64,000 bases of DNA from Eledone cirrhosa (lineage: Eukaryota). A program made the translations under genes and the position numbers. Below, one piece after another: positions 42,985 through 55,616 of the stretch. The notes below the pieces were generated by a model, which saw only the letters and a program-made list of their open reading frames with translations, did no database searches and had not been told where the DNA came from. Within the stretch, counting starts at the first letter, position 1. Every line of letters begins with the position of its first letter. Where the stretch lies: contig OZ024751.1 in NCBI GenBank assembly GCA_964016885.1, positions 23,870,001 through 23,934,000 of the forward strand, written 5' to 3'.

Positions 42985-43023
42985 CTCTGTGTGTCTGTGT
43001 GTGTGTGTGTGTATATGTATCTA

Positions 43024-43070
<47 letters not shown>

Positions 43071-43214
43071 GAATTGCCGTTTAAAGTAGAATAGCACATA
43101 AAATATTCAAAGCATATGTAAATGCGGACCAGATATGATATGTAGGTTGAATGTATAAATTACTTTATGAGGAGAAATATGTGAATGTGTATATATATAT
43201 ATATTTATATTAAC

Positions 43215-43257
<43 letters not shown>

Positions 43258-43445
43258 TATGTATGTATGTATATATATATATGTTTGTGTGTGTATGTCT
43301 GTTTTTGTGTTTGTGTGTGTTTTTTTTTTGTATTTGTGTGTGTGTAGCCATGAGTTTCGCACCTGTGCGGGTGTGTCTATGATTTGGGTTATTATGATTG
43401 TTTAACATTTTATGTATTATTGTCATCGAGACTGAGTTAACAAAT

Positions 43446-44618
43446 TTAATGAAAATAAAGTATTGCAAATACTAAATACATCGTAAAACATAACGTAGCT
43501 GAGAGCACAAAAAATATCATATCCAGCTTCTCCCACCGAGTCCTCTCACGTTGGACTGACTTTTCCTCTGTTCTTAGTGATGATATTCGGCCCAGATGTT
43601 CTTTTGTTTCTATATTAAATATTTTATGTTGAACCAGTGATGTCGTTGCTGGTTTAGGAATAATATTTGCAATTGTTTTTGATATTTTATTTCGAATGTA
43701 AAGACGGCTCAGCAAAATGGAATTTGCACATGAAACTGCTGCTATTATTGTCATTCCCATTAGATATGTTAAAAACAAACATATGTCTCCTGCTTTACCC
43801 GATAGTAAGTTAGCATTATCAATCAGATAAACCATATTAGACAGAAAAACTGTAGTTGAAAATGTTACTCTTTCTCCAGTAGAAGGTGGTAAAAAAAATG
43901 CACATGTTATCAAAATCGTAAACATTGTTGGCGGTAAAATTGTAATCAGCCTGTTTACAAATACTTTCCGAGTTAAAAATATATTTAAAGTGGCGAATTG
44001 TTGATTATTGTACGTTTCTGGTTGATCGGCACGCACACTAATATGCCACCCTTTAATCCCCCCGACAGGATCAGTTGTCAGGGATTTCATTACAGTCAGG
44101 TTGTTATATTGAAAAGGTAAACATATAAAAGTGTTACAGGATTGAGAGTCGAACGGATACTTAGCATTATCAATACCACAATATATATGATACGTATAAT
44201 GTGATTGCATCATTACCTTTCCATTGCTATACACTGTAACTTTAGGGACTTTTCGAGTTTTTTTAATAACTTTAATCGCATTACATACGAATATATTCGG
44301 TGTCCATATTTTGTTCTTTGGTAGCATGATATCACTAACATTTCCATAGTTAGTTTCGTTCCAAAAGAGGTATTCATCTGTCCAATTTATCACGAGAGAT
44401 AGTTCTGAAATGAGTATTCCATTAAATACATTGAAATCATAAATTGAATTTAAAAATGCATATATAGCGATCGACACAGCATTGTGTTCATCCCGCACAG
44501 GCCTCTTGAAATTATTGTAATATTTTAGTAAATCCCGTTGTAATATGCTCTCAACGTTATCCGATGATTCCACCAAAAGCACAGTAGATAAAATAAGCAA
44601 CAAGCATTTAACTTTCAT
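43446..44618 (-). CDS. Chemotactile-receptor-like Cys-loop ion channel subunit, copy 4 (tandem paralog of copy 3)
   Basis: Colinear with copy 3 without indels. Cys-loop CGIDNAKYPFDSQSC, PSTGER-M2. Confidence 0.9.
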   Translation of the reverse strand: MKVKCLLLILSTVLLVESSDNVESILQRDLLKYYNNFKRPVRDEHNAVSIAIYAFLNSIYDFNVFNGILISELSLVINWTDEYLFWNETNYGNVSDIMLPKNKIWTPNIFVCNAIKVIKKTRKVPKVTVYSNGKVMMQSHYTYHIYCGIDNAKYPFDSQSCNTFICLPFQYNNLTVMKSLTTDPVGGIKGWHISVRADQPETYNNQQFATLNIFLTRKVFVNRLITILPPTMFTILITCAFFLPPSTGERVTFSTTVFLSNMVYLIDNANLLSGKAGDICLFLTYLMGMTIIAAVSCANSILLSRLYIRNKISKTIANIIPKPATTSLVQHKIFNIETKEHLGRISSLRTEEKSVQRERTRWEKLDMIFFVLSATLCFTMYLVFAILYFH

Positions 44619-44750
44619 ACTTAATACAGTGTCGTTGTTGCACACGGAATTATGACTAGTTCAGAAAATACTTATTTTGAAAAGATAGGTTCTACATTAA
44701 GAATCTAATTCACATAGAAACAAATAGTTTCTAAAAATATTATCTTTCAA

Positions 44751-44824
<74 letters not shown>

Positions 44825-44980
44825 AACTTAGATGAGTTGATAACACAAGCATATAAAGGCAAAGACCACTTTAAAGTTGAACGTGATTTTATAGTCCGCA
44901 GTAAAAAAGGTGAGAGGCGATTTTGGAAAAGTCAATAAATCTATTGAATGATTTGTTTAGAATCCATGCTAATATTTATT

Positions 44981-45048
<68 letters not shown>

Positions 45049-45280
45049 GTTATTCGGTAGTATGTAATATTCCAGTTATTTAGATTATAACAAAGTAATG
45101 TTGCATACCTGCATAATATGTGTTTCTTTCTGTATAATATATCACAATTGAATGTCCATGGTACATAGTATATAACGGTTTTAGTTTCCTTCTGTATATT
45201 ATATCAGTATTTAACGTTCAGGTTGTATGATATATAACGAGGACGTCTTCAATTTATTATATATACATATAAATAAATAA

Positions 45281-45323
<43 letters not shown>

Positions 45324-46410
45324 TCTGCAATATAATAATCTATCGATCTACTCCATTATATAAGTACACACACACATACACACACATACACACACACACA
45401 CACACACACATACTTACACACATACACACACACACACATATATATATATAGAGAGAGAGATAGATAGATAGATATATATATATTGAGTATGAGAGGGAGT
45501 CAGATAGAAGCGTTATATGAAAGCATGCAAAATGTTGATATATATTACATCTACAGGCGTGTCAACGTGGGCGTTAGTGCGATAACTAATATATACATAT
45601 ACATATATATATATGTGTATGAGTGTGCGCGCGTGTCTGTCTGTGTGTATATGTACGTATATGTTTATATATATACATATATATATAAATATATATAACA
45701 TTTTAGACAAATGTATTGAATAATCTTAGTTGATATGCAAGAAAAGTGGAATGAATTAATGAACGATGTATATTTATTTATGTGCAACGTATTTATATAG
45801 AATTTAAAATATCTTATACGCAGGACGCTCTCTTCTCAATATGTCAGTAATGTTTAGTGTAACACTAATGTATTAGGTATTCTATAACCACTCCCATGTG
45901 TATATAATAATTATGTTACAATACACATATGAGTGTGTGTGTTTATCTATGTATGTACATACGTATATGGGTTTATAAGCAATGGCTCTGTTTCTATGTG
46001 TAGCGTAGACATAAATTGTCCGTCTTTATTTAAATCGCTTAAAATTAATGCAAATATTTTTGCACACTATGTTGGCAATGAATTATATATGTATATATTA
46101 CTTGGTGAAACAAACGAGGTAAGCTTTTAGGTTCACCATAAAATAATGTTCGCTTTCAATTATTAATCCATAATTATTTGATTCATTCAAACAATATCTA
46201 TTAAGATATACGCCCATATGTGTTTGTATGTATGTATGTATTTTCTAAATTTTCCTGATAACGCTTTCAATGATAATAGCAGTAGAGGACCACACATATA
46301 AATCTCTCTCTTTCTCCTTCTCTGTATATATATATATATATATATGCAAAAATAATGGTTGCATTTTAAAAGGGTACGTCAAAGCTTATTTGTAAAACTG
46401 TTATATATTG

Positions 46411-46475
46411 TATTTTGTCTGATGAAGGCATACCATAATTTAATTTGGTATCCCTGAAATATGTATAATGAAATA
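46411..46475 (+). ncRNA. Type I hammerhead ribozyme motif (family B)
   Basis: CTGATGA 46419-46425; stem II AGGCATACCA/TGGTATCCCT; GAAA 46456; stem I TATTTTGT/ATGAAATA. Confidence 0.7.
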
Positions 46476-46514
46476 AATATGGTTTTATAAATATAGTTTC
46501 CATTTATTAATATC

Positions 46515-46585
<71 letters not shown>

Positions 46586-46927
46586 AAAATGTTCAAGACC
46601 CCGACGGCAGAGCTCGAGCCGTCCAGATGGAAGAAAGTTTAATCAAACATTCGATTTTGATTTTGATTTTAATTGTAAACCTTTCGTTTTTGACTCTTAT
46701 CAACTCTTTTTAATTTTTTACACTCTACATTTGACAAGATGGACTTTAATACATCGACACCGGTAATTTCTTCATATACTTTATATACATCATTAAAATA
46801 TTTAAAAAGAGAATTGTCCCTCTCATATTTTAATAACACTATCTTTTCAATAATGTCACTTTGACGAATAAAAAAACACTCTTAAATTTATCTCACGTGC
46901 TCTCCCCAACTTCATATTTACTCTATA

Positions 46928-46993
<66 letters not shown>

Positions 46994-47148
46994 TTTTGAG
47001 TTTATGTTGGTTGTATAACAACACCTAAGTATGCAGGCTGGAGCACTCGACGAAGTGCGCAGGTTGGTTTGGTTACTCCGGAGTAGTAAAATATATAGAG
47101 CAGTAATAAACGAAGCTAAATTTGAATCATTTGACTTTTATTTAACTT

Positions 47149-47214
<66 letters not shown>

Positions 47215-47277
47215 CTTCATCCGTTCCCATGTCGATTCAATTTGGATTGCCTCGGAAACAACCTTATTATGTAACAA

Positions 47278-47351
47278 GCTGTCTGATGATGTCACGACAC
47301 TCGCACACAGAACAGTGTGGCCAGTGTAGTCATTGAAATATATATCACAGC
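47278..47351 (+). ncRNA. Type I hammerhead ribozyme motif (singleton)
   Basis: GCTGT-CTGATGA-long stem II (ACACT/AGTGT, CACAC/GTGTG)-GAAA-TATAT-ATC^-ACAGC. Confidence 0.75.
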
Positions 47352-47397
47352 ATTATTATTAAAGGACTTGAACATCTGAAACTACTTCGCTTTTCCT

Positions 47398-47506
<109 letters not shown>

Positions 47507-47739
47507 TATATATATATAACGCGAGAGAGAGAGAGAGTGAGAGAGACAGAGAGAAAGATATATATATATATCTACTTATCATGGACAGTTTAAGCGTACG
47601 GTGCTGTGTGACTCAACAAGAGGTTTACGTAGATGACGAGTTTATGACTTCACTTGTATTCCTGTGTAAATATATCTTGGAGTAATAAAAAAAAGTGAAG
47701 AATAACATGGTCAACAGTACAGATAAGGAGATTTATTTA

Positions 47740-47844
47740 CAGTATAACAATTGTTTCCATGATAGAGTTGTCTAGAAATTGCTAAACACTGAAGACAGCA
47801 TAACTCAATTTAAAATACATCCTCCATCATTTCATCAGAAACTG
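47740..47844 (-). ncRNA. Type I hammerhead ribozyme motif (family F)
   Basis: Inverted partner of 48040-48144. Confidence 0.6.
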
Positions 47845-48039
47845 ATAAGAAATACAAAATACATGCGTAACGGTAAACTTATAAATTCAAATTACTACAT
47901 CGATAATAGTATTAATGAAAAAGAAATAAGAAATAAAGGATGGGGGACAGATGAAAAGGAGAGGGGGTAAAAAGTACGGCGAAAGAGAGAACGAAGAATT
48001 TATAAGTTTACCGTTACGCATGTATTTTGTATTTCTTTT

Positions 48040-48144
48040 CAGTTTCTGATGAAATGATGGAGGATGTATTTTAAATTGAGTTATGCTGTCTTCAGTGTTT
48101 AGCAATTTCTAGACAACTCTATCATGGAAACAATTGTTAGACTG
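48040..48144 (+). ncRNA. Type I hammerhead ribozyme motif (family F)
   Basis: CAGTTT-CTGATGA-aATGATGGAG/CTCTATCATg-GAAAC-AATT-GTT^-AGACTG. Confidence 0.7.
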
Positions 48145-48354
48145 TAAATAAATCTCCTTGTTTGTACTGTTGACCATGTTATTCTTCACTTTTTGATATA
48201 TATATATATATATATAGTAATAATAATAAATTTGAAGACTAAAATCCAAAGACGGCTCGATAAGGATAAATATATATCAAATATATAAGAACCGTAGAGC
48301 AAATATTTATTAAAATAACAGATTAAAGTTTAAGCAAAGAATCGGTGCTTTGTT

Positions 48355-48405
48355 AGTTTCAGAAGATCCCGTTAAGGGTGAAAGCAGCGATTCTTTGCTT
48401 AAAAT
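48355..48405 (+). ncRNA. Hammerhead-like motif with variant core CAGAAGA (family D)
   Basis: AGTTT-CAGAAGA-tCCCgttaaGGGt-GAAAGCA-gcgattctt-TGCTT^-AAA(a/c)T. Same core at about 16015-16064(-) and 27434-27484(-). Confidence 0.5.
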
Positions 48406-48443
48406 TTAATCTGTTATTTTAATAAATATATATATATATATAT

Positions 48444-48520
48444 AAACCAACATATGAGAAAAACTAAAAGGAGTTTTGGTTTTGAAATTCCGATATTTGT
48501 CTGTGATGACTCTGTTGTTG

Positions 48521-48602
<82 letters not shown>

Positions 48603-48680
48603 CAACAACAGAGTCATCACAGACAAATATCGGAATTTCAAAACCAAAACTCCTTCTAGTTTTTCTCATATGTTGGTTTA
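48444..48680. repeat. Inverted repeat (~78-bp arms) around a (TA)n spacer
   Basis: aaaccaacatatgagaaaa...ctgttgttgtaa (TA)n ttacaacaacag...tctcatatgttggttt. Confidence 0.85.
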
Positions 48681-48877
48681 CCAACAAACTGAATAAACTC
48701 TATAGCCTAACCCGATCCAAGCGTTTTAATACAATTGAAGACAATGCATCGAGAAAAGTGCATGGCTTGTCTGTATTTAAATTTGTGGAAAGCAAGAGAA
48801 ATGTTTGGACCATATAAAATCTCACAAGCGAAGCATAAAAAAACTGTTGCATTTTGATGATTATAATAACAATGATA

Positions 48878-49070
48878 ATAATTGTTTCTAGTTTTGGTAC
48901 GAGGCCAACAATTATCCCAATGTATTACTGGTAGTTTTATTTTATCGGCTCCGTAAGGTTGAAAGGCATGGTTTATCTCGACGGGATTTGTACTCCGATC
49001 ATAAAGGGCCGTAACTCTATGCTGCAAAGCATCGTGTCCGACCCTCTACCGATACTGCCAATCCACCGCC
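48878..49070 (-). mobile_element. SINE copy
   Basis: Same family. Further degenerate copies at about 1-60(+), 19740-19900, 49230-49350, 58030-58120, 58570-58930, 62085-62215(+). Confidence 0.75.
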
Positions 49071-49470
49071 CTCATCGCCCTAATTAACAATGATGATAAG
49101 AATAACAATGATAATAATGATGTTGCTTATGATTTATTTATAATTTACAATATACTTTTTCATTATGTATTAAGACATTTTTTATTTATTATAATAATAA
49201 CATTAAAGACAAATATATATATAATGTTTTCTGTTTAGGTAACAGACCAACAGTTAGAGGTAGGAGTAATGTCAATTGTATGGAAATACAGTCATTGACT
49301 GGTACTTTCTTTTATCGAGAAAGTTTTCATAGGTGGGATTTAAACAGAGAACACAAAGGCCCGGAAGAAGTAGCACCACGCTCACACATATATAGTTAAT
49401 AAATGTCACAAAAGAAAACTTAGGAATCAAAATTATACAGCTATATTAGGTTCACGCTTGTTAAATAATC

Positions 49471-50643
49471 TTAAGCAATATTTATAATAATCACACTGAT
49501 TAATATGAAAAGCAATACAGTGAAAAGTAAACAGATATTATCAATAGAACAATACTTGGAATATCTAAATTTATTCTTGTTTCGTTTCTTGCAATTTGTT
49601 TCAACAGAAAAATGACTGCTAAAATGTTCGTCAGTGGGTCTGTCTGTGTTTACATTTTCATTTGATGTTGTCTGTCGTTCAGTTATTCGGCACTGTTCTC
49701 TGTATGTTTGATAAACATACACGCGGCATACTATGATGGATTCAATACATGCTAGTCCATTGACACATGCTAAACATAACACATATAACCAAAATATGGA
49801 CGGCTTGGATGGATTGATGTTCAAAGTTTTTGAAATGTTTGATACATAAATAGTAAGAGAAAGAAAACATGTTATGCTAAAAGTCACTTTCTGTTTCGAC
49901 TCCGGTGGTATAATAAATGTAGCAATCGTTAAACATGTCAGTATGATTGGTGGAATAAGTGTTGCTATTTTTGATAACAATTGTAGTCTCACTAGTGACA
50001 TAGAAACCCCTGCATAATATCGACGTTTCCCATAGGTCGTTAAAATCCCTTGCATATCTATGTACCAGCCACTCGGAGTTGCTCCTGTTGAAATTAGATT
50101 CATTGATCTCATTTCCACAGAATCGGAAATACCATCTGGTAGACAAACATATACATCGCAAACCTGTGTATCAAAGGGGTATTTAGAATTATCAACTTTA
50201 CAGTAGACTTTATATATATATGAAGTAAATGTTTCTATAGTACCATTACTGAAGATAAAGGCTTCTGTATATTGATCCGTATTCGCCATAACCATGTTAG
50301 CATTGCACACAAAAGCATGCGGGTGCCAAATGCTGTGCAACGGCATTTTAAATGATTTAATATTAAACTTAGTTTCGTTCCACATCAAAAATTCATCTGT
50401 CCATCTATAGGCAATATAGAATTTTCCTTCAATTAATCCATTTCGATGATCAAAATTATAAATATCATAAGGATAGAAGTATGGATCGACGTAAATTATT
50501 GTGTCTGTGTCATTAACTGGTATCATATCTTTACCATAATTCTTGAACAGCAGTTCCTTCAAATGACTTCTCTCATCATGTGTCTGAACAGAATCAAGGT
50601 GAAGCAATATATGGAATAACACTTGAAATACTAATTGTAACAT
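49471..50643 (-). CDS. Chemotactile-receptor-like Cys-loop ion channel subunit, copy 5
   Basis: 390 aa with signal peptide, WTDEFLMW, WHP, Cys-loop CKVDNSKYPFDTQVC, pre-M1 R, M1 PP, M2 KVTFSITCFLSLT. Confidence 0.9.
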   Translation of the reverse strand: MLQLVFQVLFHILLHLDSVQTHDERSHLKELLFKNYGKDMIPVNDTDTIIYVDPYFYPYDIYNFDHRNGLIEGKFYIAYRWTDEFLMWNETKFNIKSFKMPLHSIWHPHAFVCNANMVMANTDQYTEAFIFSNGTIETFTSYIYKVYCKVDNSKYPFDTQVCDVYVCLPDGISDSVEMRSMNLISTGATPSGWYIDMQGILTTYGKRRYYAGVSMSLVRLQLLSKIATLIPPIILTCLTIATFIIPPESKQKVTFSITCFLSLTIYVSNISKTLNINPSKPSIFWLYVLCLACVNGLACIESIIVCRVYVYQTYREQCRITERQTTSNENVNTDRPTDEHFSSHFSVETNCKKRNKNKFRYSKYCSIDNICLLFTVLLFILISVIIINIA

Positions 50644-50678
50644 ATTGAAATATTTGCAAAGTTACAAGGCTTTAGTCG

Positions 50679-50702
50679 CTGAAAAGAATGAAAGAAAAAA
50701 AT
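50679..50702 (-). promoter_or_regulatory. Putative splice acceptor of a 5'-UTR intron, copy 5
   Basis: Minus strand tttttttctttcattcttttcAG, 35 nt upstream of the ATG. Confidence 0.6.
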
Positions 50703-51718
50703 GGAGATCTTGGAATAATATACAACATACGGGCATAAGGTTATGTTGCGAGGATGTGGTCCCTCCAAACCAGTGTTGATTAACAACTTATTTATATGAA
50801 AATGCCACGCCTCTTCTAATGTTATCCGCTGAATTTAAGTGTTAAGTTAATATTATTAATTTTACTGTGTTTATCATGTTGGCTGACAATGCTTTCTGAA
50901 TGTTGCTGGCATTGTACTGCATACATACACACACCACACGTACATGATGCACACGTAGATTTATATATATGTGTATATATACATATATATATATGTGTAT
51001 ATATATATATATGTATATGTATATTATTATTGTTGTTGTCGTTATTGTTATTATTATTATTATTGTTATTAATGTATGTGTGTGTATATGTGTGCGTGAG
51101 TGTGTATGTGTGTGTGTGTATGTATATGTGTATGTATATGTATATATATATATATATATATACACATATATATATATTTTTTTATTTTTTTATTTTTATT
51201 TTATTTTTATTTATTTATTATTATTATTTTTTTTTTTTCTTTCTCCTCGTGCAATGGCCATACTCGATAACGAGGGGGCAGCCATCATATGTATGTACAT
51301 ATGTATATATGTATATATATATATGTATACATATATATATTCATATATATATATATATATATAAGTATACGTATATATATATATATATATATAGATGAAT
51401 ATAAATATATATGCATATTTATACACCCCCCCATACACAAATATATATATATGTATATAAACATATATTTTTACACACACTCACACACACATATAATATA
51501 TATGTATATATGTAATATGGATATGTGTATATATATAAATATATATATACACTTAAACGTATATAAGATATTCAATACATTCTTAGAGTCTAGGTATTTT
51601 TATGTTTCCTATAGAAATTAATTGTACAAGACTAAAACTGTTTCATTAGTATGAAATCATCAGCACGTTTCTGAATAATTCATACGAATGACAAATATTA
51701 TCCAACTCAGGAGACGTC

Positions 51719-51849
<131 letters not shown>

Positions 51850-51906
51850 TACATATATACATAAATATATACAAAAATATATACATACATATTGTATGAT
51901 TTAACG

Positions 51907-51946
<40 letters not shown>

Positions 51947-51950
<4 letters not shown>

Positions 51951-52141
51951 AACGAGTAGGACCCCGACGGCTGAGCTCAAGCCGTTTCGACGGCTAGTTC
52001 TGGACTACAAAAATTACCCGTCGAAACGGCTTGAGCTCAGCCGTCGGGGTCCTACTCGTTCCTATTACCCACTCTACTACCATAAGTATTGAGTACTTTG
52101 GTGCGTTATGGTCCACCTGGTTCCTTACCACATTTCCTCCG

Positions 52142-52144
<3 letters not shown>
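51947..52144 (+). mobile_element. Fold-back element in (TA)n (family A; best copy)
   Basis: 47-bp perfect inverted arms (51947-51993/52018-52064), then an 80-nt tail ending accacatttcc(t/c)cgtta; TA on both sides. Confidence 0.8.
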
Positions 52145-52177
<33 letters not shown>

Positions 52178-52572
52178 CTCCAGTTGCATTTTCGATTTCC
52201 TATTTTTACCTTATATTTACACTTGTGTAGGACACCCCGGTTATTCTTTATTTTGTTAAAAAAAATGTCACTTTCTTATATATATATTTATATATATAAA
52301 TGAAAAATTAAATTTCATTTCTCACTTTTAGTACGGCTGATACTTAAATATAAATATGTATACCTACATACATATATGTATACAGACGTACAGTAGTATG
52401 TATATACATACATGCACACATATATATATATAAACAAACAATCCGAGCATTATAATAAATGTTCGGTAAACCCTTACGTACATATATATATATATATGTG
52501 TGCATGTATATATGTATATACATACTACTGTACGTCTGTATACATATATGTACGTACGTATACATACTTATG

Positions 52573-52604
<32 letters not shown>

Positions 52605-52606
52605 CT

Positions 52607-52658
<52 letters not shown>

Positions 52659-52839
52659 GGTTATATTTAATATGTTGGGATTCAACAAGCTTTAACATTT
52701 TACAACTGATATGAAGAACTCACTCATACTCACTCACTAATTTGTATCAGCCTCAAGTATCTCCACTATCCACCGAATTTCAACCGTTGAGATTGTCTTT
52801 TTTACGGGTATGTCAATATTTATTTATAAAACAAATCTG

Positions 52840-52905
52840 TATTTTATCTGATGAAAGCGTACCTTAATTTACCTTGGTCGCCCTTGAAATATATATAATA
52901 AAATA
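52840..52905 (+). ncRNA. Type I hammerhead ribozyme motif (family B)
   Basis: Perfect stem I TATTTTAT/ATAAAATA; CTGATGA 52848; GAAA 52886; AUA site. Confidence 0.65.
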
Positions 52906-52948
52906 AATATGGTCCTATAAATATAGTTTCCATTTATTAATATATTGT

Positions 52949-53017
<69 letters not shown>

Positions 53018-53264
53018 GTCTACTTCCATGTTAGGTATTGTGTGCGCAGTTCTTCTCTATTATCGATTTGCGGGTGTGTTCTGGTTACGTTAAGTATCTG
53101 GTGGTGTTACCTATATAGAAGTTGAGTCATTTGTCACACAGTACTCTGTATATATATACGTATGTATGTATGTATGTATGTATGTATGTATGTATGTATG
53201 TATGTATGTATGTATGTATGCGTGTATGTATATATATATATATTTATATATATATATATTTATA

Positions 53265-53295
<31 letters not shown>

Positions 53296-53301
53296 TTATA
53301 A

Positions 53302-53380
<79 letters not shown>

Positions 53381-53479
53381 CGTCTGTATACATATATGTA
53401 TGTACGTATACATACATACTTACATTCAAGTACCAGCCGTACTAAGAGTGGGAAATGAAATTTCGTTTCATTCTTTTCC

Positions 53480-53519
<40 letters not shown>

Positions 53520-53779
53520 AGAATAGAAATGGGTGTGTAGCTGCTATTTAAGGTAACTTAAAATGCAGTGGCAATATGAAGACAGCAAGTACATGGGGGG
53601 GGGGGGGGGTTCCACTCAGTTGTATACTGGGGGGGGGGGGCAAGGATATTTCTCCGCTTTAAAAACAAGATACCACTTAACCCCAGGGCGTCAATAACTG
53701 GATAAGTTATTGGGAAAACAAAGGAAAGAGGGAAGGAAAGCAAAGGGGAAGAAAAGAGGAACAGAAACAAAACACCGAA

Positions 53780-53899
<120 letters not shown>

Positions 53900-53919
53900 T
53901 TAGAGAACACTAAATAATC

Positions 53920-55089
53920 CTAAACATTAGTTACAATAATCACACTGATTAATAGGAAAAGCAATGCAGAGAAAACAAAACAGATATTATCAATAGAACA
54001 ATACTTGGAAAATGGAAATGTTTTCTTGTTTCGTTTCTTGCAATTTCTTTCAACAGAAAAATGACTGCTAGAATGTTCGTCAGTGGGTCTGTCCGTGTTT
54101 ACATTTTCATTTGATGTCTGTCGTTCAGTTATTCGGCACTGTTCTCTGTATGTTTGATAAACATACACGCGGCATACTATGATGGATTCAATACATGCTA
54201 GTCCATTGACACATGCTAAACATAACACATATAACCAAAATATGGACGGCTTGGATGGATTGATGTTCAAAGTTTTTGAAATGTTTGATAAATAAATAGT
54301 AAGAGAAAGAAAACATGTTATGCTAAAAGTCACTTTCTGTTTCGACTCCGGTGGTATAATAAATGTAGCAATCGTTAAACATGTCAGTATGATTGGTGGA
54401 ATAAGTGTTGCTATTTTTGATAACAATTGTAGTCTCACTAGTGACATAGAAACCCCTGCATAATATCGACGTTTCCCATATGTCGGTAAAATCCCTTGCA
54501 TATCTATGTACCAGCCACTCGGACTTGCTCCTGTTGAAATTAGATTCATTGATCTCATTTCCACAGAATCGGAAATACCATCTGGTAGACAAACATATAC
54601 ATTGCAAACCTGTGTATCAAAGGGGTATTTAGAATTATCAACTTTACAGTAGACTTTATATATATATGAAGTAAATGTTTCTATAGTACCATTACTGAAG
54701 ATACAGGCTTCTGTATATTGACCCTTATTCACCGAAATCTTTTTAGCATTGCACACAAAAGCATGAGGGTGCCAAATGCTCTGCAACGGCATTTTAAATG
54801 ATTTAATATTAAACTTAGTTTCGTTCCACATCAAGAATTCATCTGTCCATCTATAGGCAATATAGAATTTTCCTTCAATTAATCCATTTCGATGATCAAA
54901 ATTATAAATATCATAAGGATAGAAGTATGGATCGACGTAAATTATTGTGTCTGTGTCATTAACTGGTATCATATCTTTACCATAATCCTTGAACAGCAGT
55001 TCCTTCAAATGACTTATCACATCATGTGTCTCAACAGAATCAAGGTGAAGCAATATATGGAATAACACTTGAAATACTAATTGTAACAT
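53920..55089 (-). CDS. Chemotactile-receptor-like Cys-loop ion channel subunit, copy 6 (tandem paralog of copy 5)
   Basis: 389 aa, nearly identical to copy 5 except for clustered patches. Confidence 0.9.
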   Translation of the reverse strand: MLQLVFQVLFHILLHLDSVETHDVISHLKELLFKDYGKDMIPVNDTDTIIYVDPYFYPYDIYNFDHRNGLIEGKFYIAYRWTDEFLMWNETKFNIKSFKMPLQSIWHPHAFVCNAKKISVNKGQYTEACIFSNGTIETFTSYIYKVYCKVDNSKYPFDTQVCNVYVCLPDGISDSVEMRSMNLISTGASPSGWYIDMQGILPTYGKRRYYAGVSMSLVRLQLLSKIATLIPPIILTCLTIATFIIPPESKQKVTFSITCFLSLTIYLSNISKTLNINPSKPSIFWLYVLCLACVNGLACIESIIVCRVYVYQTYREQCRITERQTSNENVNTDRPTDEHSSSHFSVERNCKKRNKKTFPFSKYCSIDNICFVFSALLFLLISVIIVTNV

Positions 55090-55124
55090 ATTGAAATATT
55101 TGCAAAGTTACAAGGCTTTAGTCG

Positions 55125-55148
55125 CTGAAAAGAATGAAAGAAAAAAAT
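55125..55148 (-). promoter_or_regulatory. Putative splice acceptor of a 5'-UTR intron, copy 6
   Basis: Same polypyrimidine tract and AG as in copy 5. Confidence 0.6.
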
Positions 55149-55574
55149 GGAGATCTTGGAATAATATACAACATACGGGCATAAGGTTATGTTGCGAGGA
55201 TGTGGTCCCTCCAAACCAGTGTTGATTAACAACTTATTTATATGAAAATGCCACGCCCCTTCTAATGTTATCCGCTGAATTTAAGTGTTAAGTTAATATT
55301 ATTAATTTTACTGTGTTTATCATGTTGGCTGACAATGCTTTCTGAATGTTGCTGGCATTGTACTGCATACATACACACACCACACGTACATGCATATAGT
55401 TATATATATATATACATATATGGATTTATATTGCATACACACACAAACATATATATATACATATAAACCTATATATCCATGTACATACATATATACACAT
55501 ATACATCAGAAACACAAACCCTACCATCTCATGTAATATTCTTAATACCCTAATTTTATCTTTAATGTTTTTGG

Positions 55575-55616
<42 letters not shown>

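Larger units (their letters stand above)
47689..48194. repeat. Long inverted repeat (~200-bp arms) carrying family F hammerheads
   Basis: 47689-47888 is the reverse complement of 47996-48194. Confidence 0.85.
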
